This document shows, in pieces, positions 1 through 7,213 of a stretch of 38,567 nt of DNA. Made by a program: the position numbers and the translations under genes. Source of the DNA: a virus (Duplodnaviria; Caudoviricetes); the IMG/VR virus record IMGVR_UViG_3300028588_000816, positions 1 to 38,567 of that record; one strand, written 5' to 3'. The notes below the pieces were generated by a model. That model did not search any database. It had not been told where the DNA came from and worked only from the letters and a program-made list of their open reading frames with translations. Each line of letters starts with the position of its first letter. Within the stretch, counting starts at the first letter, position 1.

Positions 1-1191
1 TCAGGGCGCCTCGGATATCTTCGCGGCGCCCTTTTTCTTTCCGTAGACCTCTTCCGCGCGGGCGCCCGCATTGTCGTCGGCGTCCGGCATCCACCGGCCA
101 TAGCGCCGGATGATCATCGACCAGTCGCTGTGCCCCATCTGCTGTGCGACCCACATCGGGTGCTCGCCAGACGACAACATCATACTCGCATACGTGTGGC
201 GAGTTTGATAAGGGTAGCGGTACCGCACCTTCGCCCGCTTGAGCGCCCATTGCCAAAGCGTTTTCCGGATCGGCTGGTCGCCCGTCCAGCGTTCCAGGGT
301 CCGCGGGTTCTGGAATACCTCCTGCCCCTTGAGGTAGGTGTGCGCTTTCTGCGCCGCCAGCGCCTCGACCGCCATCGCCAGCAGCTTCACCTCGCGCCGG
401 CCGGAATCCGTCTTCGGAACCTCGGGCCCGTCCGAATGCTGGGTTTGCGCCTTCGACACCCGCACCATGCCGCGCAGGAAATCGATGTCGTTCCAGTCGA
501 GGGCCACCAGCTCCGACGTGCGCAGGCCGGTCCAGAACGCGAACTGGATCAGGTTGCGGCCCTGCCCTTCCAGCGCCGACAGGATGGCCGACTGCTCAAC
601 GCGGTCGAATGGGTCGATCTCGTCTTCCGCCACTTGCAGCACTTTTTTCTTCTTATATGTATACCCGGACAGCGGGTTCACCTCGATCAGCTCGGCATCG
701 ACGGCGGCCTCCAAGGCGGCCCGCATCACGCTCTGGATGTTGCTCAAGGTCTTATTGCCAGCCGGGTATGCGACCAGCTTGTCGCGCATGTGCTTGCGCT
801 TGAATTCCGACAGTGTCAGCTTACCGAACCAGGGATCCAGCTTGCCCATCACGATCTTGCGGTAGCTGTCGTAGCTGCTGGACTTGCGCTCAAGCTTTTG
901 TTCGTCTAGCCACTTGTCCAGGTAGTCGCCGATGAGCGTCAATTCGCCTGGTTCCGCCTCTGCTTCGTGGAAGCGGGCCGCGATCTTCGATTCCGGGAAC
1001 GAGGCCCGGTAGTCGAAGGTGCCGGCGGCGATCGCGTGCTGGATCGCCGCGCGGTGCTGCTCAGCCCGCTTCAGGTTAGCGGGCGTGGGCTTGAGGGGGA
1101 CCCTTTCCCGGCACCGGACACCTTTATACATAAAGCTGATTTCGATACTGCTTTCCGACGCAGCCTTAACACCCCGCCCGTCTCTACCCAT
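1..1191 (-). CDS. int: Phage integrase (tyrosine recombinase with N-terminal arm-binding domain)
   Basis: 396 aa; TGLRTSEL, YQTRHTYAS, MGHSD...RRYG catalytic motifs. Confidence 0.95.
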   Translation of the reverse strand: MGRDGRGVKAASESSIEISFMYKGVRCRERVPLKPTPANLKRAEQHRAAIQHAIAAGTFDYRASFPESKIAARFHEAEAEPGELTLIGDYLDKWLDEQKLERKSSSYDSYRKIVMGKLDPWFGKLTLSEFKRKHMRDKLVAYPAGNKTLSNIQSVMRAALEAAVDAELIEVNPLSGYTYKKKKVLQVAEDEIDPFDRVEQSAILSALEGQGRNLIQFAFWTGLRTSELVALDWNDIDFLRGMVRVSKAQTQHSDGPEVPKTDSGRREVKLLAMAVEALAAQKAHTYLKGQEVFQNPRTLERWTGDQPIRKTLWQWALKRAKVRYRYPYQTRHTYASMMLSSGEHPMWVAQQMGHSDWSMIIRRYGRWMPDADDNAGARAEEVYGKKKGAAKISEAP

Positions 1192-1349
1192 TTCTCATAT
1201 CCTTCTGTACTGATCAGGATCCGCCCGTCGGGCGCCTTGATCCATATGTCGTTTACCGGCCAGATGCCGTCGCGGATCTTGGTCCGGATGGCGTCCTCGG
1301 TATAGCCGGACTCGGCCGAAAATTTCGGAATTGTCACATAGCGCAGCAT
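1071..1349 (-). CDS. xis: Excisionase
   Basis: MLRYVTIPKFSAESGYTEDAIRTKIRDGIW...APDGRILIS, winged-HTH Xis-like; overlaps the int 5' end. Confidence 0.85.
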   Translation of the reverse strand: MLRYVTIPKFSAESGYTEDAIRTKIRDGIWPVNDIWIKAPDGRILISTEGYEKWVETGGVLRLRRKAVSKSALCIKVSGAGKGSPSSPRPLT

Positions 1350-1359
1350 TCGATTTCCC

Positions 1360-1647
1360 CTAATCCATTCCCGTCGACGGCAGCTGATTGCCACCTTGCT
1401 CCAGTGTCCCTACCAGGTTCTTGTAACGCTGGATGCAGCCTTCCGCCGCCTTCAGCTTCTCCGACGTTTCGCAGTAAGCGACATACCACTCGGCGGCATT
1501 CTTGCCCTTCAGTTGGCGGTCAGCTTGCGAGCGCAGCTCAGCAATCTCGTTCATCATCGCGCGCTCGACGCACGACGGCACGTGCATCGGAAAGTCTTCT
1601 CCGGCGCCGATCCGCTCGCGCCAGGTCTTGATCGTGCTATTCGTCAT
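1360..1647 (-). CDS. Hypothetical phage protein (95 aa)
   Basis: MTNSTIKTWRERIG...; ATGA overlap with the upstream gene. Confidence 0.7.
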   Translation of the reverse strand: MTNSTIKTWRERIGAGEDFPMHVPSCVERAMMNEIAELRSQADRQLKGKNAAEWYVAYCETSEKLKAAEGCIQRYKNLVGTLEQGGNQLPSTGMD

Positions 1648-1838
1648 GTCGTTCCTTCCGCCCCTCGGGGCTTCCTTGTAAGTGCGTATTGCATCTGCAG
1701 CTTGTCCTCGGCGCGCCGGCGCAGCGCCTGCTGCAGTTCCAGATCGAGGCGCGCGATCGTCAGCTGCTCGAACAGCGCACGCGCCATCTGCTCGTCGCTG
1801 CCGTAGATGGCGCGGGCCTGTTCGAATGTCGCCGTCAT
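1644..1838 (-). CDS. Hypothetical phage protein (64 aa)
   Basis: Start and stop overlap neighbours in the operon. Confidence 0.65.
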   Translation of the reverse strand: MTATFEQARAIYGSDEQMARALFEQLTIARLDLELQQALRRRAEDKLQMQYALTRKPRGAEGTT

Positions 1839-2086
1839 CAGCCCTGGATCCTGTGCTGGCGGATACCGGTAATCCCAGGTGGTAGCTGCTCGGCCTGCTC
1901 GAGGAAGCCGCTGCCCTTTTGGCCGGTGGCCCTCGCATACTCGACCTCGACCTTCGCCGAGTTCACCATGACCTGGGACAGGTCGCCGATCATCTTCGCG
2001 CGATCGATGTCGAGCTTCCCGCTTTTGACGCCCTCGATCGTCTCGAACAGCAGATCACGCAAGTCATCGATGTTCTTCTTGGCCAT
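1838..2086 (-). CDS. Hypothetical phage protein (82 aa), of a type often found next to HNH genes
   Basis: MAKKNIDDLRDLLFETIEGVKSGKLDIDRAKMIGDLSQVMVNSAKVEVEY. Confidence 0.75.
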   Translation of the reverse strand: MAKKNIDDLRDLLFETIEGVKSGKLDIDRAKMIGDLSQVMVNSAKVEVEYARATGQKGSGFLEQAEQLPPGITGIRQHRIQG

Positions 2087-2756
2087 GTTTCATCCTCTTG
2101 TTGATTTGTCGGGTGAGCACCGCGCGCAGCTGCACCACCTGGTTAAGTTCGGGCGGCAGGTTGTGCCGCGTGTTTCGCTTCATGTTCTCGGCCAGGCTGA
2201 TGCACTCGACCCGGTCGATCGTTATTTCCTCGAGCACGTTGGTGCGCATGCCCGGCTTGAAGACCACGATGTGCTTTGCCGGCACCGGCCCATTCGCCCG
2301 GATCCAGACCAGCTCGTGCACGGCGCGCCAGCGCGCGCTGTTGTTGCCTTTTGCGTTGCTGACCTTCTGCAGCAGCACGCCGCTCTTGTCGAACTTTGTG
2401 CTGCCGATCGGCAGCGTGTTCGCCGGCGACTGGCCCGGCTTGAACTGGGTGGCGCGACAGGCTGGCTGCACACCTGCAGCACCCTTCACTCCCTTGTTCC
2501 AAGGAACGATCCCTTTTTGGAACCTGGTCGCCCCACCGCGGATCCCGTCGAGCCTGCCTGCGCAGCCGCTTGCCAGAAAGGCGTCCGTCTTCCTGATGCC
2601 CAAGCTGTTCGCCTTCCGGTACGTCGCCTCGAGCGAGTGGCCTAGCATGAATGCAACGTCTTCGGTCTTGAAGTTCGGGTACAGCGAGCGCAGCGTCTCG
2701 ACCTGGCCCTTGGTCCAGACGGCTTTCGAACGGTTGATGCCTTTCGACTTGGTCAT
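2064..2756 (-). CDS. HNH endonuclease-like protein (possibly degenerate active site)
   Basis: FQKGIVPWNKG...TQFKPG...WRAVHELVWIRANGPVPAKHIVVFKPG...ENMKRN. Confidence 0.8.
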   Translation of the reverse strand: MTKSKGINRSKAVWTKGQVETLRSLYPNFKTEDVAFMLGHSLEATYRKANSLGIRKTDAFLASGCAGRLDGIRGGATRFQKGIVPWNKGVKGAAGVQPACRATQFKPGQSPANTLPIGSTKFDKSGVLLQKVSNAKGNNSARWRAVHELVWIRANGPVPAKHIVVFKPGMRTNVLEEITIDRVECISLAENMKRNTRHNLPPELNQVVQLRAVLTRQINKRMKHGQEEHR

Positions 2757-2950
2757 GCCGCCCTCCAGGCGCACGCCGGCGGCTCGCAGCGCGCCAGCAC
2801 CTGGTCGCCCTCGCAGATCCGCATCGCCGTCTTCGCGCATCCTGCCGCGCGCAGCAACTCGGCGGCAGCGGCCTCGACCTCGCCCTGGCGCGCTTCGTCG
2901 AACACCAGCACGTTGCGCCAGGCACCAGAGTCCTTGACCTGGAGCTTCAT
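2753..2950 (-). CDS. Hypothetical protein (65 aa)
   Basis: MKLQVKDSGAWRNVLVFD...; ATGA overlaps on both sides. Confidence 0.65.
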   Translation of the reverse strand: MKLQVKDSGAWRNVLVFDEARQGEVEAAAAELLRAAGCAKTAMRICEGDQVLARCEPPACAWRAA

Positions 2951-3216
2951 GTCGCAGCCGCCAGTGCTGGTGCCGCAGGCTTGATCTCGATCTCCGAGCA
3001 GTCGATCCCGCCAGGGATCCCCGCCAGGTAGACCGTCATCCCAAGATTTCCGCCATCCTGGAACATCGTCAGCGTGTGGATAAACTGGTGCAGCCCGCGA
3101 TACAGGACCGGCCTGCAGCAATGCGCTGATTTGAGCAGCAGCATGTGGTGTCGATAGACGGCAACGTCGAATGGCTCATCCTGGGTGTCCAGCATGGGTT
3201 CGTTCATTCTGGTCAT
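2947..3216 (-). CDS. Hypothetical protein (89 aa)
   Basis: ATG overlaps the RT stop (ATGA). Confidence 0.65.
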   Translation of the reverse strand: MTRMNEPMLDTQDEPFDVAVYRHHMLLLKSAHCCRPVLYRGLHQFIHTLTMFQDGGNLGMTVYLAGIPGGIDCSEIEIKPAAPALAAAT

Positions 3217-4610
3217 GTCGTTCTCCGGTAGCTTTTGGTGAAAGTCTGGTTGACGCAATGTCCTCGGCGCAGCACCGCGCGCGCCAGCTTGGCCCGATCG
3301 GCATGGCTGCTGCTGGCCTGGCGCAGCAGGCCGAAGTAGCTGTTGGCGGTGGCGTGCACGTCGACCAGGTCAGCGGTGCGGATCCGCTCGACGGCCTGGC
3401 CGACCGTGCGCCGACGGGTTCTGGTGTGCCAGGGCTTGATCACGTGGCCGACGAAGTCGACGCCGCGCGCCACGGGCTGCAGGATCGTCTTGGCCGGGTT
3501 CAGGTGCGCGCCCAGCCGCGCCGGCAGGAAGTCGTCGATCCCGGCCAGAGCGGCATTCAGCCACTCGGGCGATTCGTGCAGCAGGATGAAGTCGTCCACG
3601 TATCGCACGTAGTGGCGCGCCCCTACTCGATGCTTCGCGAACTGGTCAAGCGCGTTGAGGTGGATGTTCGCGAAGAACTGGCTCGACAGGTTCCCGATCG
3701 GCAGGCCGAGGTGGTCGGGCTGGCTCCGCAGGCGCTTGTGCGGCGGCACCAGGTCGATCAGCCGGCGATCGCCGCGCAGCTCGAAATCCTGGCGCGGATC
3801 GTGGAACAGGATCACGCCGGCGAGCCACAGCCACCACGGCTCGGTGACGCGGGCCGCGATCTGGGCCCACAGCACCGATTTATCGATCGTCACGAAAAAG
3901 TTGGCGAGGTCGCACTTCAGGTACCAGAGCGGCCGTGCCCAGTTCTCGGACGCGCTGCGGATCTTCGCTTCCAGGCGATGCGCCGCATACAGCGTGCCGC
4001 GGCCCGGGATGCAGGCGCAGGTGTCGCTAATAAACGTGCGGTAGAAGCGCGGCGCGATGCGGTTGTACAGCAGGTGGTGCACGATCCGGTCGCGGAAGTC
4101 GGCGGCCCAGACCTCGCGCGCCCTGGGGCGCGTGACGACGAAGCAGATCGACCGGCCGGGCCGGTAGGTCCCGTCCAGCAGCTCGCCCTGCAGGCGCGCC
4201 AGCTGGCGTTCCTGGTCCTGCTCGAAGGCGGCGGCGCTGGCGGAATTGCGTTTTGTCTTGCGGCAATCGAGGTAGGCCCGCACCAGGTCCTCGAAAGAAA
4301 AATCAGCATGGTGGCGGCCGGGATAATCTGCGGACCGCGCGGGCGCGGAGCTCGGCCGACTTGTTGTTGTTGTTCTGGTTGCCGTTGTTGAAGTTCTGGT
4401 TCCAGGCATAGTCGTCGTTGGCAGCGTGCTGCGGTTATTCGTGCTATCTACATCGCCCCGCCGAAGGCCAGGGTGGCCGATCAGCGGGGAAACTGCGCCA
4501 GACCTGCCCGAACACTGCCGGGCGGTTTCTGCGATGCGCATGGCGGTGGCCTTGTGGGCCAGCGGCACGACCAGATTAAGAGTTCGCACAGTCATGGTGG
4601 CCGTGACCAT
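3213..4610 (-). CDS. DGR reverse transcriptase (start uncertain: 4610 coupled to the avd stop, ATG inside the TR at 4410, or a GTG near 4283)
   Basis: FRDRIVHH, GLPIGNLSSQFFAN (DGR-type SQ motif), YVRYVDDF, GVDFVG; no maturase or endonuclease domain. Confidence 0.95.
   Translation of the reverse strand: MVTATMTVRTLNLVVPLAHKATAMRIAETARQCSGRSGAVSPLIGHPGLRRGDVDSTNNRSTLPTTTMPGTRTSTTATRTTTTSRPSSAPARSADYPGRHHADFSFEDLVRAYLDCRKTKRNSASAAAFEQDQERQLARLQGELLDGTYRPGRSICFVVTRPRAREVWAADFRDRIVHHLLYNRIAPRFYRTFISDTCACIPGRGTLYAAHRLEAKIRSASENWARPLWYLKCDLANFFVTIDKSVLWAQIAARVTEPWWLWLAGVILFHDPRQDFELRGDRRLIDLVPPHKRLRSQPDHLGLPIGNLSSQFFANIHLNALDQFAKHRVGARHYVRYVDDFILLHESPEWLNAALAGIDDFLPARLGAHLNPAKTILQPVARGVDFVGHVIKPWHTRTRRRTVGQAVERIRTADLVDVHATANSYFGLLRQASSSHADRAKLARAVLRRGHCVNQTFTKSYRRTT
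4325..4432 (-). repeat. DGR template repeat (TR)
   Basis: In the VR frame it reads QHAANDDYAWNQNFNNGNQNNNNKSAELRARAVRR with 10 AAC codons; lies between avd and the RT core. Confidence 0.95.
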
Positions 4611-4963
4611 CACGAAGCGGGCGACGTTGCGGAGCGGCGCCATCCACTGGCCTGCTTGCCGATGCTGATGGTCAGCTCGACCGCCCGGGCGTACTGCTTG
4701 ATCGCGATCAGGCGCTTGTCGCGCGAAAGACGCAGCAGCAGCTCGGCCACCTGCAGGCGCTCGATGAGCCCTTGCAGGTGCGCTCCCTTCTCCCGCGCCG
4801 TATTGGCGCGGAAGACCAGGACCGTGATCTCGACGACTTCGTCGCGGATCTTCCCGCCGATCGATGCCTTGAAATCGCGAGGCATGTTCTTGGCAAGGTC
4901 CGTGACGACGTCGAGGAGGTCATAGGCGGCCTTGTAAATCGGCAATTGCGTGTGGAGTGCCAT
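4610..4963 (-). CDS. avd: DGR accessory variability determinant (four-helix-bundle protein)
   Basis: 117 aa basic helical protein, LPIYKAAYDL...MPRDFKASIG...LLRLSRD...IGKQASGW; immediately upstream of the TR. Confidence 0.9.
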   Translation of the reverse strand: MALHTQLPIYKAAYDLLDVVTDLAKNMPRDFKASIGGKIRDEVVEITVLVFRANTAREKGAHLQGLIERLQVAELLLRLSRDKRLIAIKQYARAVELTISIGKQASGWRRSATSPAS

Positions 4964-4980
4964 GCTGATGAAAAGCTAAA

Positions 4981-5459
4981 TTACTGAATGGTTAATCTGC
5001 GGACCGCGCGGGCGCGGAGCTCGGCCGACTTGAAGTAGTTGTACTGGTAGCCGTCGTCGAAGTCTGGCCCCAGGCATAGCCGTCGTCGGCAGCGTGCTGC
5101 TCGCTCGACCAGTACCAGCGCTTCTCGAACTGGCCCGGCAGGTTGGCGAACAGCAGTGCCTGTTCGCGCCGCGTCGGCAACTCGCCGCCGGCCTCGGCCG
5201 CGAAGACCTTAGCCCTGTCCCAGGTGACGCCGTCGACGTCGCCCGGCAGCAGGATCAGGTGGTGCGCCGGCGCGCCATCTTCGTCCAGAAGGATGCCGGC
5301 GTAGTGCTCGCCCGGCTGCAGCTGGATCTGCACCTGCTGGATGGTGACGACCCGCAGCGGCTGCGCTTTGAAGGCCGCGATCATCTCGGCCAGGTTCTGG
5401 TGCTCGACCGTGAGTTTCTGGTGTGCGGCCTCGATGGCCGCGAGCGTGGTGGGGGTCAT
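4981..5459 (-). CDS. DGR target 1, DUF1566/CLec-like protein; frameshifted within VR1 (current ORF stops at 4992, restored frame stops at 4981)
   Basis: TWDRAKVFA...GGELPTRREQALL...WYWSS followed by VR1. Confidence 0.85.
4994..5100 (-). repeat. DGR variable repeat VR1
   Basis: 107 bp; versus TR: 11 substitutions and one deletion, all at TR adenines. Confidence 0.95.
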
Positions 5460-5486
5460 ACTCGACTCCGAAAAATGGATGAAGGG

Positions 5487-6116
5487 TTAAATTACGAATC
5501 TGCGGACCGCGCGGGCGCGGAGCTCGGCCGACTCGTCGTTGCTGCCCTGGATGCCGCTGCTGAAGTCCTGGAACCAGGCACAGTAGTCGTTGGCAGCGTG
5601 CTGCGTGCTTGACCAGTACCACTCGCCGGCGAAGGCTTGCTCGCCGCCCTCGGCGAAGCCGGGCACCGAGGTCTGGGCCGGCAGGTCGCGGCTGTAGGCG
5701 ACGGTGGGCGGCACGGCCGAGGCGTTCACGCCGTTGCGGCCGTACAGGTAGTTGGCGCGCCCGGTCGGCTTCAGGTTGCGGTACAGGATCTCGAGCTCGT
5801 CCTGGCTCGGGATGTGCCAGTCGGTGTAGCCGCCGATGTCCAGGCCCTGCGCCCAGTTGGCCAGCTCGCTACCGGCCGCGGCCATGGCCATGGTGTTCGC
5901 CCGGCCGTCGCTGTAGCTGTCGGCGCCGACGACGCGCTCTTCCGAATCGAGCCAGGCGAGGTCGGTGCGTTCGCCCTCGGCTTTCGGGGCGACCACCAGG
6001 CCGTACACGACGCCGCCTAGCAGGATGCGCCCGGCAAAGAAGCCGCCGCCGATCGTGTCGCCGATATCGCCCGGCATAGTTGCGGTTGCGAGCAGGATTT
6101 GGTCTTGGTGTTCCAT
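5487..6116 (-). CDS. DGR target 2, DUF1566/CLec-like protein (209 aa; in frame with an upstream Cys-rich region starting at 6497)
   Basis: AAGGAG RBS before ATG 6116; GGGFFAG...DGRANT...GGYTDWHIPSQDELEILY...WYWSSTQ followed by VR2. Confidence 0.9.
   Translation of the reverse strand: MEHQDQILLATATMPGDIGDTIGGGFFAGRILLGGVVYGLVVAPKAEGERTDLAWLDSEERVVGADSYSDGRANTMAMAAAGSELANWAQGLDIGGYTDWHIPSQDELEILYRNLKPTGRANYLYGRNGVNASAVPPTVAYSRDLPAQTSVPGFAEGGEQAFAGEWYWSSTQHAANDYCAWFQDFSSGIQGSNDESAELRARAVRRFVI
5497..5604 (-). repeat. DGR variable repeat VR2
   Basis: 108 bp; versus TR: 12 substitutions at TR adenines and one non-A change (5585). Confidence 0.95.
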
Positions 6117-6497
6117 GGTTTCTCCTTGTTGTGGTTGGTAGGCACTGGCGTGCCCGATTTCCGAAAGCCGGAAGCGGCTTCCGCTTCGCCCGACTGGGCA
6201 ATATTCACGATGTTTTTCACCTGGGAACGCGGCGCACCCGGGGCAGCGGCCGTCCCGACCCGGGCAGGTGCCGGCATGCGGCTCGCCGGGCTCGGCGCAG
6301 CAGCCAGGGCACGCCAGGTCGACGGCCGGCAGGTGCTTGGCCAGCTGGCCGATCGCGCGCTCGGTGTCCCGGCACAGCGGGCACAGGTCCTCGTGGTGCG
6401 GTTCCATCCGCTGGTGGTCGTCCTGCAGGCGGCGCAGCAGGCTGTGCAAGGCGACCGCCGCGTGGGCGTCGAGTGGAAATTTGGTATCGCCCATCAC
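6117..6497 (-). CDS. Cys/His-rich putative zinc-binding region with no stop before target 2
   Basis: CPLC, CPGCCAEPGEPHAGTC, CPGCAAFPGEKHREYC; start overlaps the upstream stop. Confidence 0.6.
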
Positions 6498-6715
6498 CGC
6501 GCTCCCGCAGGGTCATGGGGCGCCGGCGCCACCGGGTCCGGCGCCAGCAGCTTGCGCAGCGCGACCACCATCTGGTCTTCCTGGCATGCGGCCAGCGAGC
6601 CGGCGAGGAACGCGGCGAAAGTGCGGGCGCGGAAGTTGACGCCCTCGGGCACCTCCTTCAGCGCCTCATCGGCGCAGGAAATGACCAGGTCACGGATCTG
6701 CTTGGCGGTCGTCAT
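6494..6715 (-). CDS. Hypothetical protein (73 aa)
   Basis: MTTAKQIRDLVISCADEAL...; overlapping start and stop. Confidence 0.65.
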   Translation of the reverse strand: MTTAKQIRDLVISCADEALKEVPEGVNFRARTFAAFLAGSLAACQEDQMVVALRKLLAPDPVAPAPHDPAGAR

Positions 6716-6831
6716 GGCATCACCTGCTCGAGCACGTGTTCCAGCACGAGCAGCACGCCCATGGCGGCGAACACCAGGCCCGGGTGACGATCGGTCCATT
6801 CGATGCGGTACAGCAGCAGGAAGCGCAGCAT
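6712..6831 (-). CDS. Small hydrophobic protein (39 aa), not in the ORF track
   Basis: MLRFLLLYRIEWTDRHPGLVFAAMGVLLVLEHVLEQVMP; fills the gap exactly with an ATGA overlap. Confidence 0.55.
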   Translation of the reverse strand: MLRFLLLYRIEWTDRHPGLVFAAMGVLLVLEHVLEQVMP

Positions 6832-6833
6832 GG

Positions 6834-7055
6834 TCACCACCCCCGCACCAGGTTGCGACGCGCGATCAGGTCGACCTGGCGCTTGCGTTCGTACTGCCTC
6901 ATCGATACGTTGATGCCGCGCGCGGTGATGACGTCGGCTTCACGGGCGGCGCTGCTGCGCAGCTGGCGCTCGATCATCCAGAGCGCGGCCGGCTTGGCCA
7001 GCTTGCGAACCAGGCGGCGTGCGACGCGCTTGGCTTTGATGCGGAAGGGCTTCAT
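6834..7055 (-). CDS. First gene of the left operon, Arg-rich hypothetical protein (73 aa)
   Basis: GGAG RBS; directly downstream of pL. Confidence 0.7.
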   Translation of the reverse strand: MKPFRIKAKRVARRLVRKLAKPAALWMIERQLRSSAAREADVITARGINVSMRQYERKRQVDLIARRNLVRGW

Positions 7056-7109
7056 GCAGGTCTCCAGTTCGCCGGCCAGCGGGTGCTGAGCTCGGTTGCG
7101 ATGGAGTGG

Positions 7110-7149
7110 ATCGTAGCATTGCTAGTTAATACCTGCAATAGCTTTGCTA
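7110..7149 (-). promoter_or_regulatory. pL promoter with OL operators
   Basis: Minus strand TTGCAG-17-TACGAT; palindromes TAGCATTGCTA (7114-7124) and TAGCTTTGCTA (7139-7149). Confidence 0.8.
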
Positions 7150-7213
7150 GTAGTGAATGCTATTTTTTTTGGCCGCGAGGGCGGCCGAGTGAATTTCCAA
7201 CAGCGACGAAGCT

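Larger units (their letters stand above)
3213..6116 (-). mobile_element. Diversity-generating retroelement: target2(VR2) - target1(VR1) - avd - spacer/TR - RT
   Basis: RT, Avd and three copies of a ~108-bp repeat with adenine-specific differences. Confidence 0.97.

Noticed and set aside
3917-4309. Out-of-frame ATG at 4309 as an RT start by programmed frameshift
   Set aside because: No RBS and no convincing slippery site with stimulator; in-frame alternatives exist.
3213-4610. RT as a group II intron, retron or Abi RT
   Set aside because: No maturase/endonuclease domain or retron VTG motif; Avd and TR/VR pairs with adenine-specific changes identify a DGR.
4325-5604. Three ~108-bp repeats as a CRISPR array
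   Set aside because: Too long, separated by whole genes, mismatches are A-specific, and there are no cas genes.
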